In this document: positions 21,582 to 34,205 of the stretch, piece by piece
Numbering within the stretch: the first letter of the stretch is position 1
Layout: each line of letters begins with the position of its first letter
Source of the DNA: Octopus sinensis
Taxonomy: Eukaryota
Reading direction: 5' to 3'
Assembly: GCF_006345805.1 (NCBI RefSeq)
Contig: NC_043007.1
Location: 12,772,001-12,836,000, forward strand
DNA: 64,000 nt
Position numbers and translations under genes: made by a program
The notes under the pieces: generated by a model
The model's database searches: none
The model's input: the letters and a program-made list of their open reading frames with translations, nothing else
What the model was told of the DNA's origin: nothing

Positions 21582-22807
21582 CTACAATACAGTGTTTTAT
21601 AAGAAGTCATTTTGAACATTAACAGTTGCATCAAAAACAAAATCATAAATCCAAGTGAAATCAAAATTGCTAACGAGGCCGATGACAGTACTGCCTGATT
21701 GGCCCTCGTGCCAGTGGAACGTTAAAAGGACATCCGAACGTGGGGTGTAATCGGCCCACTTATGAGTACCCCTCATTCATTGGACAATGAACTTTGCTTG
21801 TGAAGACCTATTGAGGCAAGTGAAATCGAATCAAAATCACTGACCTGGCCGATGACAGTACTGCCTGATTGGTACTTGCACCAGTGGAACGTTAAAAGCA
21901 CATCTGAGCATGATCATTGCCAGGACTACAGATTGGCTCCCATGCCAGTGGCATGTAAAAAGCACCATTTGAGCATGATCATTGCCAGTGTCGCCTTACC
22001 AGCACATGTGCCAGTGGCACATGAAAAACAACATTTGAGCGTGGTCGTTGCCAGTGCTGCCCGACTGGCTCCCATGCAGGTAGTACATAAAAAACACCTT
22101 TTAAGCGTGGTCATTGAGAGAGAGAGAGAAAGAGAGAGTGTGTGTTTGTGAGCAAACATTGAAATTCTATAGCCTCAATTGCTGTCATCTGAGTGAAATA
22201 ATAATGTAATGCTGATGTAAATTCCCCTACATGGATAACAGCTGAGGGTTAATGACTATACAGCCTCAAATAAGTCCCCATCTAACCCATGCTAGCATGG
22301 AAAAATGGATGTTAAACAAATGAATTTATTCATATGAAACACCTGATCTGGTTACTACAGCTAAGTGACTGAAGAATCAATTATAAAAGACAAATCTTCA
22401 TGAAACCACAGAAGCCATACTAAAACGCTTGTCACTTCCATTTTAAGCTAACAACAGGTCAGCGTTTGAAGCCAAAAGTTGTGAAGACTCAACAAGTCAT
22501 TGCAAAAACCAATTAAAAAAATCTATCTTAAAAGTAATTTAGAGATGCAGCATGGAATTTTGTCAGTGAACATGTCGCGATCTCAAAGTGACGAAAATAT
22601 TTTGGCAAATTAAATTTAAATGTTGAAGTGAATCTAACGGTTTCTGGCTTATAAACACCTTCCATGCTGCAATTGTTTTCGTTCCAGCAAACAATCTCAA
22701 ATCAGGTCACTTGCTATGCAAGTACATCTCTGTAATATCTTAAAAGTCTCTGATAGAAATAATTTTTACTTGAAAATATGGAAGAGGGGAAAAGAAAACC
22801 AACTCAC

Positions 22808-22903
22808 CAGAACATTTACCATCCACTGGACGATAGCCATCAGCACATCGAATGCATTTTTCTGGACCATTTCCAGTACAGCCATCACAAGAAAGATCAC
22901 ACC
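22808..22903 (-). CDS. CRELD: CRELD exon 9 (furin-like repeat with second CXXC)
   Basis: (R)CDLSCDGCTGNGPEKCIRCADGYRPVDGKCS (cf. CDSSCVGCTGEGP..C..C..GY). Acceptor GGTTCAG, donor G|GTGAGT; 96 nt, phase 1 to 1. Confidence 0.96.
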
Positions 22904-23260
22904 CTGAACCACAACAACAAAAATATAATATTTAATTAAATGCAAAAACATGTCTGATTAGGAATATTTAGTTTCAAACAATAAAAAAAACCATAAGTTG
23001 GAACTGTGGACAAAAAAATAACTTTTCTGTGATTGCCTTTGTAATGAAATACACACAATGTGTTTTTATGAATTTTGTGAAAAGCATCAATTTGGAATGA
23101 TTCAGCAAAATGTTTAGCTTTTTTGTTATTAGGTGCTGGTTGATGAAATTAGTATCAGACAAGAACTGGAGTTGATATTATTTCAGGTGTTGTACCTACA
23201 GCAGAAATATCAGGCCTTGTGTGTATTAGTAGAGAGTATTATACATACATACACACACAT

Positions 23261-23377
23261 ATGGAGAAACAAATTTAGCTTGTTCATCAACTTTCAGATA
23301 TTAGAATGCTAAATGAATAAATAATCCAACATTCTAATATCTGAAAGTTGATGAACAAACTAAATTTGGTTCTCCAT
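23261..23377. repeat. Hairpin, 48-bp arms (46/48 matched), 21-nt loop
   Basis: ATGGAGAAACAAATTTAGCTTGTTCATCAACTTTCAGATATTAGAATG and its reverse complement. Confidence 0.9.
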
Positions 23378-23749
23378 TTTCTTATTTGTATTATAAAATA
23401 ATGGTAAAATATTTCTTTACCTTTATCTGTTTAATACAATAAATAAGTTAATTGCATTGCAATTAAAAACATTTATGTATTAAGAATCTGGGTACTTTAC
23501 CAACAGTATATTGGATAAATACTATCCCTTAGTGAGTTTCACCCATAACCCCTAACTTGGTGGTGTTTGGAATATAACAAAAAGGTTCTTAAATAAAATT
23601 ATGAAGTGAGAGAGTTTGTAACTGGATCAGAGGTAGGAGTACCAGACAGGTTAGTGTCAAGAGATTAAAATGTAAAATATGTAAAGAACAAAGTTACTTA
23701 AATGTTACATCTCTCTTAATTACAAATTGAATTTAGTTGGCATGTAAAG

Positions 23750-24756
23750 AGCACCATCTGAGTGTAGCCGATGCCAGAGCTGGTGGCATGTAAAAAGCAC
23801 CGTTCAAGCGTGATTGATGCCAGTGCCACCTGACGGACTCCTGTCCTGGTGGCACGTAAATGGCACCATTCAAGTGTGGTCAGTGCCAGTGCCACTTGAC
23901 TGACCCCTGTGCTGGTGGCATGTAAAAAGCACCCACTACACTCTTGGAGTGGTTGGTGCTAGGAAGGGCATCCAGCTTTAGAAATCTTGCCAGATCAGAT
24001 TAGAGCAGCCAAGCCATCCAACCCATGCCAACATAGAAAGCAGACAATGATGATGATGATGAAAAGAAGCTGCTTCTTTGTTGTATCTGTCTGGTAACAG
24101 AGATCAGTTTCAAACTGTAGACACAGAAACTTTGATCGAGTCCTCACTATTCTTATATGTTCATTCCTCAAGTGATTGTATTTGTGAAGATGAATATGAG
24201 AGTGAATGAAGGTTGCAAGAGTATGATAATATAAACAAAGTGACTGGAATGAGAGGATGGTGAAGAGGGAGAACAATGAATAGTAACAGAAGTGGAGATG
24301 GGTGTGGGTGGCAAGTGGCTTGGAGGAGAGGAAGTGATGGCTGGCAATTTCAGAGTTAGCAAGGTTTAAGGAGATGAACAGTAGAAACAAATAGCAAACT
24401 AGAAAGCCCTTAATACTCTATGATGTGTTCAGTCAACAATTTCTAAAAAGCCAATTTATATCAGTTACAGAAGACACATCAGAAGCTGGAGGATTGCCAG
24501 CCTACCCTGGCACCTAAAAAGCACCATTCGTACGTGGCCCGATGCCAGCGCCGCCTCACCTGGCACATGTGTCGGTGGCACATAAAAAGCACCCACTACA
24601 CTCACAGAGTGGTTGGCGTTAGGAAGAGCATCCAGCTGTAGAAACACTGCTAGATCAGACTGGAGCTTGGAGCAGCCACCTGGCTTCCCAGACCCCGGTC
24701 GAACCGTCCAACCCATGCTAGCATGGAAAGCGTACGTTAAACGATGATGATGATGA
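23750..24756 (+). mobile_element. Two family B SINEs (GGAAGGGCATCCAGC...CATGCTAGCATGGAAAGC...(GAT)n tail)
   Basis: Copies at about 23750-24062 and 24470-24756, with internal GTGCCA/AAAAAGCACC repeat units. Confidence 0.75.
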
Positions 24757-24914
24757 AGAGGTTTATGAATTGGTTACATAGCTTTAGCAGCAGGCCTACT
24801 TCTCAATTCCTACAACTCATAAAGGGAAGAAAAAGAATCTGCTTTTACTTGCTTCAGAACAGTTGTTAAATATTTGTGACATTAAACAAAATAGTTTTCA
24901 ATTAGAATACTTAC

Positions 24915-24995
24915 GATGACATTCGTACCAACCAACTGTATTTTTACACCGGAAATTACCATTGCATGGGTTACCCAAACTACATTCATTAATAT
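24915..24995 (-). CDS. CRELD: CRELD exon 8 (calcium-binding EGF)
   Basis: (D)INECSLGNPCNGNFRCKNTVGWYECH. Acceptor CTCTTTTCTAG, donor C|GTAAGT; 81 nt, phase 1 to 1. Confidence 0.96.
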
Positions 24996-25322
24996 CTAGA
25001 AAAGAGGAGAAAATATACTTGTGTAATTTCAATATAAGACAGAAAATATGTAAGTCATCTCAATAAGCTAACTACAAATAGTTATTCAGTAAGGAAAAAT
25101 AACATAAATCATTGAATAATATTACTCTGCCTTATTTTTATGATAAGTGGAGACAACTCTGTTCAGGTTTTGGTATTATTCTGACCTCATCAGCGAAATA
25201 AAAAATTCATCATACTTGCCAAAGTAGTAATGAAATATTCAAACTATAAAAACAAATCCTTTCATTATTAGATCGTGTAATTCTTTAACGGGTCTCATTC
25301 AAAACACTGAAACTATTTAAAC

Positions 25323-25461
25323 CAGTGTTTGTCAACTTTTTTACCCTTGCGTAACCCTTAAAATAAATTACATGTCGCAAGGAACCCCTGCACATAAAAA
25401 AATTATATACCATACTTTTCTCGTATTTTTTCCATCATAGTTCATGAGGTAAATATCATAT

Positions 25462-25506
<45 letters not shown>

Positions 25507-25759
25507 CACATATATATCTTTATATATATTTATTTTTACACTCATTCTCCTATTTCCCTATATACTCCTTATTTCCTTCCTTTTCCAAAATAACTCCTCA
25601 TATTGAACTCTAATATTTCCCTCTATTTAACCATCTCACATCGTCTCTGATGAAGCGATATCCCTAACATCTCAGAAACAGCTGTAAAACTTACTCTTTA
25701 TAAATGTCCTGAAAATTCCACACAGCCTTGGCTTTGCTGTCTCATTTTCTTTAATATAT

Positions 25760-25833
<74 letters not shown>

Positions 25834-26037
25834 TATGGCTGTGATATTTTCTTGATAACATAATAGGGGTTAGATAGGACGATGTCTATATTACAATAAC
25901 CAATAATGTGTTGTGCATGTGTAGTAATATTACAATCATGAAATTAGCATTAGCTTATCTCACTCTTTCTTGCGGAATCCTTATGAACCTTTTTCAGAAC
26001 CCTAGGGTTCCGGGGAGACCCCGGTTGAGAAATGCTG
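25323..26037. mobile_element. hAT-type MITE carrying a nested Penelope-like LTR remnant
   Basis: Termini CAGTGTTTGTCAAC / GTTGAGAAATGCTG; flanks ATTTAAAC and ATTTACAG (6/8 match, degenerate 8-bp TSD). Confidence 0.5.
25643..25690 (+). ncRNA. Degenerate type I hammerhead motif
   Basis: GTCT-CTGATGA-(weak stem II)-GAA-ACAGCTGT-A-AAAC: intact core and palindromic stem III, eroded stems I and II. Confidence 0.5.
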
Positions 26038-26073
26038 ATTTACAGAATGACATGATAATGGAAATATACTTAC

Positions 26074-26175
26074 CATCACACCCATATTCATCTGAATACT
26101 TCCAGCCCTGACCACATTCATCACAGGTAAAAGGTGTGTTGTCTGTGCAAGATGTCTTGCAAGCTTTGTGACATA
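26074..26175 (-). CDS. CRELD: CRELD exon 7 (furin-like repeat)
   Basis: (L)CHKACKTSCTDNTPFTCDECGQGWKYSDEYGCD. Acceptor TTTAATTTCTAG, donor G|GTAAGT; 102 nt, phase 1 to 1. Confidence 0.96.
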
Positions 26176-26849
26176 CTAGAAATTAAAAAAAAAGAAGAAA
26201 AATATTCATTGAGAGAACAAAACACATTAGACATGTTAAATGTTGTCCCCGTTTTTGTGTGAACATGTACGAGTATACTGAAGCTGTGTCAGTATCACAG
26301 AAGGAAAATGATGATGATGATATAAACTTTTAAGAAACAACAGGAAATAGTTGGAACATAGATATATATGAAATGTGAAGGCACATGGCTCAGTGGTTAG
26401 AGTGTCAGGCTCACAATCATGAGTTAGTGAGTTCGATTCCCGGACCGGGCTGCGTGTTGTGTTCTTGAGCAAGACACTTTATTTCACATTGCTCCAGTTC
26501 ACTCAGCTGTAATGAGTTGTGACATCACTGGTGCCAAACTCTATCAGCCTTTGCCTTTCCCTTGGATAACACTGGTGGCATGGAAAGGGGAGGCTGGTAT
26601 GCATGGGCGACTGCTGGTCTTCCATAAAACGACCTTGCCCAGACTTCAAATAAAAATATACATATCTCTATTTTCCATACTGCATACAATTATTAACCAC
26701 AACTTTCTCCCAAAGATTTTTACTCGTAAATGTTTTACCAAAATGGTTTTCACATGTGGTATAAATCCATTGTTACATATATCTATTAATCTTTTGAAGA
26801 ATTAAAAATATGTAGAAAAATATGTGAATGTATTTGGTCTGGAACTTAC

Positions 26850-26976
26850 GGTGGCACACTGTGTGTGTCTCATTTTTGTATCCTAAGTAAAAACCAACAT
26901 CGCACTCATCACATAATTCTCCAACGTAACCATCTGTACAATTACACTTTCCACTGCCACCTCGGGTACCCTCACC
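26850..26976 (-). CDS. CRELD: CRELD exon 6 (laminin-type EGF)
   Basis: GEGTRGGSGKCNCTDGYVGELCDECDVGFYLGYKNETHTVCH (cf. GDGSR.GDG.C.C..GY.G.LC..C..GYF...RNETH..C). Acceptor TTTTTTCCAG, donor C|GTAAGT; 127 nt, phase 0 to 1. Confidence 0.97.
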
Positions 26977-27564
26977 CTGGAAAAAAGAAAAAGTAAAAAT
27001 AAGTGTTTGTATAATCAGGGTTGTAGAGTCAGAGCTTACTTTACAATAAAATTTAGTAAAAGCTGGAAATAATTTGGGTAACAAAGTCAGTAAAAATGTA
27101 CTGACCCCCTAACTAAATGTGACACAATGTTTCAGAATTTTTAATTTCACAAAAAGGGAAGCTGCATGTATAACACAAAACTTAGAAGCAGCACTAAAGA
27201 TGTGCCGGCACACATGAGATTGAGACATGGCCAACCTCACGTACTTCTCATGAGGAATTCTGGAAGGAGCTTCATGAGACCACTGGTGAGACACTTCCGA
27301 AAAAACAAAGAAAAGCCATTGGAAAACTGATTATAACAGCGACTCCATCAATTCCTAGGGATATCTGAAGAAGGAATTTTTATTCCGAAATATCATATCA
27401 GACTACGGATGATGAAATTACAACAGTTCTTTTAGTCCACTGTTTGTATTATAGTGCATTGTTGTACCATTCAAAACTTTATATTCTTTACAAACAATAC
27501 ACAATGCTTCAAGCAAACTACAATACTCTCCTATCATATTTATTAATTAAAAAAATAATCAAAG

Positions 27565-27815
27565 GTGCAGGAGTAGCCGTGTGGTAAGTAGCTTGCTTAC
27601 CAACCACATGGTTTCGGGATCAGTCCCACTGCATGGCACCTTGGGTAAGTGTCGTCTACTATAGCCTTGGGCCGACCAAAGCCTTGTGAGTGGATTTGGT
27701 AGATGGAAATTGTAAGAAGCCTGTTGTATGTGTGTGTGTGTGTGTTTGAGTCTCTGCTTGTCTCCCCACCATTGCTTGACAACTGATGTTGGTGTGTTTA
27801 CGTCCCCATAACTGG
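27565..27815 (+). mobile_element. tRNA-derived SINE (family C, GTGTGGTAAGTAGCTTGCTTACC head with internal microsatellite)
   Basis: Same family at 37791-38230 and 46600-46995. Confidence 0.75.
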
Positions 27816-28026
27816 ATAGTAAAAGAGATGGAAAATACACAGAGAACCATTCTATAGAACTATATTACCTATAGCATTGCATATCAATAGAACAGGACCT
27901 ATATATTTTGCTTTGCAAGTTCCTCAAAGAGTTCTACCTAAGCAAGGATATTCAAGCATTAAGCATTCTAGAGTTTGGCAAAAGAAAGGGGAAAATGTTA
28001 AAAAAAATCAAAGGAAAACTTCATAC

Positions 28027-28115
28027 AATGCATTTGCCCCTCTTTTTGCATGGTCTCTCTTTTCCTCCATGACAAGGCTGACAAGTAGGTCCATATGTGT
28101 TCTTTGGACAACAAA
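28027..28115 (-). CDS. CRELD: CRELD exon 5
   Basis: (V)CCPKNTYGPTCQPCHGGKERPCKKRGKCI matches VCC..GTYGPDC..C.GG..RPC.G.G.C. Acceptor TTTCTTTCAG, donor ATT|GTATGA; 89 nt, phase 1 to 0. Confidence 0.96.
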
Positions 28116-29656
28116 CTGAAAGAAATGTTTTAAAATAATTAGAATTAGTTTAAACAGCAAATGAATTTGTTTACAAATATAATTTCTTTACTGGAATGTT
28201 AAATCATCCACAATACTTAACTAGCATTTTTTACTTTATCACCTCTAGAAAGATGATAGGTGAAGTAGACTTTGACAGGATTTGAACTTAGATTGTAAAG
28301 GGTTGCAACTAGATCCCACAGTCATTTTGTTTGATGTTGTGATACAGAGCTTCTCAAAATGGGTGGGACCGTCCTCTGGAAAGAAAGGTAGAGGAAAATT
28401 TCATATGGTCACTGGGGACAAGGGGCAGGGTGAGGTGTAGACCAATAGATATATCTATACATTTTCTTTTAGTTTTTGTCAATTTCAAAATTAACTTTAA
28501 GCCAACCACTTTACAGTGTGTAGGAGCTTTTTTTTTTGGAGGGGGGCACCAACACTAGTGAGGTGGCCAAGTAACTTGCAATACAAAGAAAAAAAGAAAA
28601 ATCCCCTTCAGCTGAGTGAGAACATATTTGAGAAAGGGGGAGGTGGCTTTGTGCCAAGTGTTGATGGTTAAAGTATGAATGAAGGACAAAACACAGGTGT
28701 CTTGCTATAGAGGAGATACATGGCTACCCTGCATTATATGAAGGTGGGTAAGGGTAGCTGGAAAGTAGATAATACAGTGGTGACAATATGCCAGAGTATA
28801 TTCCCAACCCATGCAACCATGGAAAAAATGGGCATTAAGCCAAAACATGAATGAATGGAATTTGATAAAGTAAGAGAGCAGGCTAATCCATGTATACATG
28901 TTTGTTTCCCTTCATAACAGACAATTAAACATTACAGTTGCAAAGACAGGACTACCAATGCTGAAAAAATTCTTTGTAACTATTTAAAATGATTAACTGG
29001 AACTATTTGTTAATATGGTAAATTGGCAGAACCACTGCAGTGCTGGAACAAATTCCTTGCAGCATTTTGTTACACTCCTTATATTCTTGAGTTCAAATCT
29101 AGTCCAAGTGGACTTTTACTTTTCATCCTTTTTTCTGTGATTGATAAAATAAGAACCAGTCAAGTACTGGAATCAGTGAAATTAAATGTTCCCTCTCACA
29201 TATCTGGGGCTGAGTGTCTTTGTTAGAAATTATTAAATCTAACTCTAGAATAAACTGAACTTACTTCATAATACACTGTTCTTCCATTCCAATCAATGAC
29301 ACAAACCCCTACATTTTGGTCATATGTACCTTGCTATCACACTTTGGTTGTATGTACCTCACTCTTTCACTATGATCATAAGTACCTCACAAATGCAAAC
29401 TGATCAGATGTATCTCACTAATAAACATTCATCATATCTACCCTGTGGATGAGTTCCTTTCAAGTGTTGGGCCTCACGGAGGCAATGACCAAGACCTTTG
29501 ACATTATGTCATACTAGAGAAGAAGACCCATCAAGCCAAGTAAAATCACAGTCAAGACAGATACTGGTGTCACATAAAAGCACCTGTTACACTTTCAGGT
29601 TGGCGTTAGGAAGGGTATCCAGCCGTAGAAAACCATGTCAAATCAGATTGGAGTCA

Positions 29657-29889
29657 AGGCGGCGAGCTGGCAGAAACGTAAGCATGCCGGGCAAAATACT
29701 TAGCGGTATTTCGTCTGCCGCTATGTCCTGAATTCAAATTCAGCCAAGGTCGACTTTGCCTTTCATCCTTTCGGGGTCGATTAAATAAGTACCAGTTACG
29801 CACTGAGGTCGATATAATCATCTTAATACATTTGTCTGTCCTTGTTTGTCCTTCTGTGTGTAGCCCCTTGTGGGCAGTAAAGAAATAAG
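29657..29889 (+). mobile_element. Family A SINE nested in a family B SINE, 16-bp TSD
   Basis: AAATCAGATTGGAGTC at 29640-29655 and 29890-29905. Confidence 0.85.
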
Positions 29890-30094
29890 AAATCAGATTG
29901 GAGTCTGGTGCAGCCTCCCAGCTTTCAAGCCATCCAACCAATGCCATCATGGACAATGGATATTAAATAATATGTACCTCACTATTACACTGATTGTATG
30001 TATCTCATTCCCTTACAGAGATCACAGCTACCTCACTATTAACATTTTAGAGATACTCTAGTGTAATCGTTATCAATATGAATCATTTTCATAC

Positions 30095-30209
30095 CTTTAG
30101 CATTTGTTATACAGAAATATTGAAAGAAATCTACACGGGTCTTTTTCACAAAATGCTTAAACCAGAAATTTTCAATCCTATCTTCAAACTGTTCCAATAA
30201 GCTGTGAGC
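30095..30209 (-). CDS. CRELD: CRELD exon 4
   Basis: AHSLLEQFEDRIENFWFKHFVKKTRVDFFQYFCITNAK, the W-rich part of DUF3456. Acceptor TTTATTTCCAG, donor G|GTATGA; 115 nt, phase 0 to 1. Confidence 0.94.
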
Positions 30210-30292
30210 CTGGAAATAAACAAAGCAAATAATTACATCACACGTTGCAATATATAATTTAGCATGGATATAGTTAAAGCGGTTAACATTAA

Positions 30293-30650
30293 CCCTTTTG
30301 TTACAGTATTTATTTTGAGATGCTCTGTGTTTCTTTCAATTATTTTAAATATAACAAAGAATTTAATAAAATAACTTAGTTATCATTAAGTTAGAGTTAG
30401 GAACATAAATTATGACTAAGGTTTGGTGGAAGATTTTAATTCAAAACTTAAGTAAACATGACATTTGTATTAGAGAGCCAGGTTGCCACAGACCAGCCGA
30501 AGCTTTCTAAGTGGAATTAATAAATTGGAAACTGTACACAAGTCCATTATTGGAGCCTGGTGCAACCATCTGGTTCGCTAGTCCTCAGTCAAATCATCCA
30601 ACCCATGCTAGCATGGAAAGCAGATGTTAAACGGGTTGGTATCGAAAGGG
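30293..30650. mobile_element. piggyBac-type MITE with a 153-bp foreign insert
   Basis: TTAA|CCCTT...AAGGG|TTAA. 30481-30633 is absent from the other copies. Confidence 0.8.
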
Positions 30651-30716
30651 TTAAAAAAAAAAAAAGAAATAGTTGTGAGGTGCAGGTAGAGCTGTGTGGG
30701 AAGAAGTTTGCATCTC

Positions 30717-32285
30717 AACCGCTTTCCATGCTAGCATGGGTTGGACGATTTGACTGAGGTCTGGCAAACTAGATGGCTGCACAAGGCTCCAATCTGATCT
30801 GGCAGAGTTTCTACAGCTGGATGCCCTTCCTAACGCCAACCACTCTGAGAGTATAGTGGGTGCTTTTATGTGCCACCGGCACGAGTGCCAGTAAGGTGAT
30901 GCAGGTAACGATCACACTCAAATGGTGCTTTTTATGTGCCATCGGCATGGAGGCCAGCTAGTTGCTCTGGCAACGAGATTTGATAAATGGAAACTGAAAG
31001 AATCTTATCATATATATGTAAATGTGTGTGTGTGTGTGTGTTTCTTGTGTTTCCTCGTCGTTACATTGCATGATAGTTGTAAATGAGTGTCAGTGTTACA
31101 CAAGTGGTGTCATTCATTTCCGATATACTGCAGACGCATGTCTGGTCATGGGGAAATATTACCTTGCTTGGAAATAGGTGAGGGTTAGCAACAGGAAAGG
31201 CATCCAGCCATAAGAAATCTGCCTCAATAAACTCTGTCTGACTCATGCAAGCATGGAAAAGTCATTAAATGATGATGAAAGAAAGACCATATTATCACTG
31301 GCCGATAGGATTTTACTTATCCTGGTATGTGAGACAACTCCAGACATGTTTCAGTGTTATTAGAGATCCTCAGTTGAATACAGACCATGAAGCTCATTAT
31401 GTACATCGTTATAAATTTGTATAAATTTACTTTATAATTCTACTCCTATGCAATATGAGCCAACAAGGAAGTCTCCACCTGCCAGAGATAGCTGCTATGG
31501 CTCCCTCAAATAACACTGTGCAGATTGTCCAGTTCTATTAGGCCTCTGTCTAGATGAGCACTCTACTATAGACTAGTGCTGGATTGACAATTAAGCAAAA
31601 TAAACATGTGCTTAGGGCATCCGGGGGGGGGGGGGGCCAAAGAATTGGTAAATGGTCAACAGCACAAAAGAAATCACTTTAAACTTGCTAAAATAATATT
31701 CAGGATGCCTAATCTCAGCTAAGTGTAGAAGCAGATGTCTTTACATAAGATTCATTTTGAGAATCTGATCAAAGGCTTTGCAATTGAAGAAAAATAGGAG
31801 AAAACTCTTCAACATCATCATCGTTTAACGTCTGCTTTCCATGCTAGCATGGTTTGTACGATTTGACTGAGGGCTGGCGAACCAGATGGCTGCATGAGGC
31901 TTCAATCTTGATCTGGCAGAGTTTCTACAGCTGGATGCCCTTCCTAACGCCAACCACTCCGAGAGTGTAGTGGGTGCTTTTACGTGCCACCGGCATGGGG
32001 GCCAGTCAGGCGGTACTGGCAACGACCTCGCTCGAATCTTTTTACACATGCCACCGGCACAGATGACAGTAAGGCAACGCCAGTAACGATCATGCTCGAA
32101 TGGTGCCTTTTACGTGCCACCGGCACTGAAGCCAATTAGCCGCTCTGGCAACGATCACACTGAGATGGTGCTCTTGGCACCCTACTAGCAAGGACACAAA
32201 TGCCAGTAAGGCGACGCTGGTAATGATCACACTCGAATGGTGCCTTTTATGCGCCACTGGCATGGAAGCCGGTTAGCCGCTCTCA
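30717..32285 (-). mobile_element. Family B SINEs in CRELD intron 3
   Basis: Minus-strand copies at about 30717-30975 and 31813-32285; the latter has expanded internal repeat units. Confidence 0.7.
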
Positions 32286-32422
32286 AATATAAATAAAGTG
32301 GAAGGATACAAAAATAAATTTTCCTATCATTGATGATCCATAAAGGTGCAATACAATAATATGAAACAAAGTTGTAAACAGGTATATCTCACACAGACGT
32401 AAAATATTACAGGTAGACTTAC

Positions 32423-32477
32423 TGTTTTATCTTCTATTTTGTATAAATATTCTAATATTTCTGTCATACGCGTTTCA
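32423..32477 (-). CDS. CRELD: CRELD exon 3
   Basis: (S)ETRMTEILEYLYKIEDKT aligns with ETRL.E.LEG.C of CRELD. Acceptor TTTATTTTCAG, donor ACA|GTAAGT; 55 nt, phase 2 to 0. Confidence 0.92.
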
Positions 32478-33274
32478 CTGAAAATAAACCAAAGGAATAA
32501 ATGAGATTATATATTTATGATGCATCGTTAATAATATTGGTCGTCATCATCATCATCATTACCAGGCTTTAGCATCCGTTTTCCATTCCAGCATGGACTG
32601 GGTGGCTCAGCAGGAGCTGAAGCCGTCCAAGACTTTGGACCTGGAGATCTCCATTTCCAGCGACTTCGAAGGCCACCTCCCAGTGGTGTCGGGCGTCAAC
32701 GAAGAGCCCTCGATTACAAGATGACCAAAGTTTTTTTTTTCTTTTCCAAGGTCTGGGGTCTCCCGCCCCTAAGCCCTAGACCATCACCTAATCACCCTTA
32801 CCTGTCTTGTTGCTTAACAATAACAACAGCAGGAGCTGAAGAACCAGAGGACTGTGGTGTCATGTTCCAATGTCTGCTTTGGTATAGTTTCTATGGCTTG
32901 GTACCCTTCCAAACATCAACCACTTTACAAAGGGTACTGGATGCTTTTCACGTGGTACTGGTACCAATGAAGTCGCCAAGTAATTTGTAAAACAAGACCC
33001 AACAACTGATGGGGGAGTAGTAGAGTGAGGTAGCTTTGTGCCAGGTGATGAGAGGTTAAATCATATTAGAAATATGGGAACAAGTGCCCTGCTGTTAGGG
33101 AGGTACATGGTTACTAAAGTTGGGAAAGACAGAGGGCAAAAGAATATCTAACAAAAATGTGAGGTTATGGTCAAATTAAACAATCCAAAACTCTACAGTA
33201 AATTATAATATTCACAAGCACACAAACAAGCAATCACAGAATTTTAGTAGTATTCTCTTATTCTCTTATATGTT

Positions 33275-33620
33275 TCAGTCCAATGACTGTGGCCATGCTG
33301 GAGCACTGCCATTGCAATCATCTTTCCACCTTTGTTGGAGTGGCTTCTGGTGAAGGATGGAGTTCGATGCTACTGCCCTCCTTTGAGTTTCTTGCCTAGA
33401 TATTGGCTCATCCGGGATCTCGGCGAGCCAGAGGTCAAGTTCGCGTTTGAAAACGTCTACATCCACTCCATGGAGGCTCCTCAGATGCTCCGGCAGACAG
33501 TTAAACAGCTGTGGACTCTTGGAACCCAAGCTATTGCAGTACATTGGTCCTTGCCCAAGATGAAGCAGTTGGCACAATGGGGAGAGCACAGTGACGTCCT
33601 GTTCGTGGTCTGGTATAGTA
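33275..33620 (-). mobile_element. CR1-like LINE 3' fragment
   Basis: YCNSLGSKSPQLFNCLPEHLRSLHGVDVDVFKRELDLWLAEIPDEP...RAVASNSILHQ, the typical CR1-clade ORF2 C-terminus. Confidence 0.8.
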
Positions 33621-33979
33621 TATAGATTATAGTACAATGAATTAGAAAAAAAAGAGTGCTAGATAATTAATTAAATTTCGTAGAAGAAAAAAGATAAAGC
33701 AACTATTTTACAATATCACAAAACATCAGAATTTCAGAAGCTGTCCTACAGACTCAAATGCAAGAAGGAAAATGCCCCTTGTATTTGAATACTATGCAAA
33801 TATTCTTTTAAAAAACTTTTCTTTTAACTTTTCCAAAATTTAATTGTTTTCCATACTTACAGTTGAAAAAGTCTCAATGACTGAAACCGGTACTGAAATG
33901 CTTTTCATAAAATTATTTTAGTATTTTCTACCTTGACTTTTTTTCCCATCTATATCAACTCGTGTGTTCCTTTTCAACC

Positions 33980-34168
33980 TTATCATCATCATTGTTTAAC
34001 GTCCGTTCTCCATGCTAGCATGGGTTGGACGGTTCGACCGGGGATCTGGGAAGCCAGAAGGCTGCACCAGGCTCCAGTCTTATCTGGCAATATTTCTACA
34101 GCTGGATGCCCTTCCTAACGCCAACCACTCCGTGAGTGTAGTGGGTGCTTTTTACGTGCCACCCGCAC

Positions 34169-34205
<37 letters not shown>

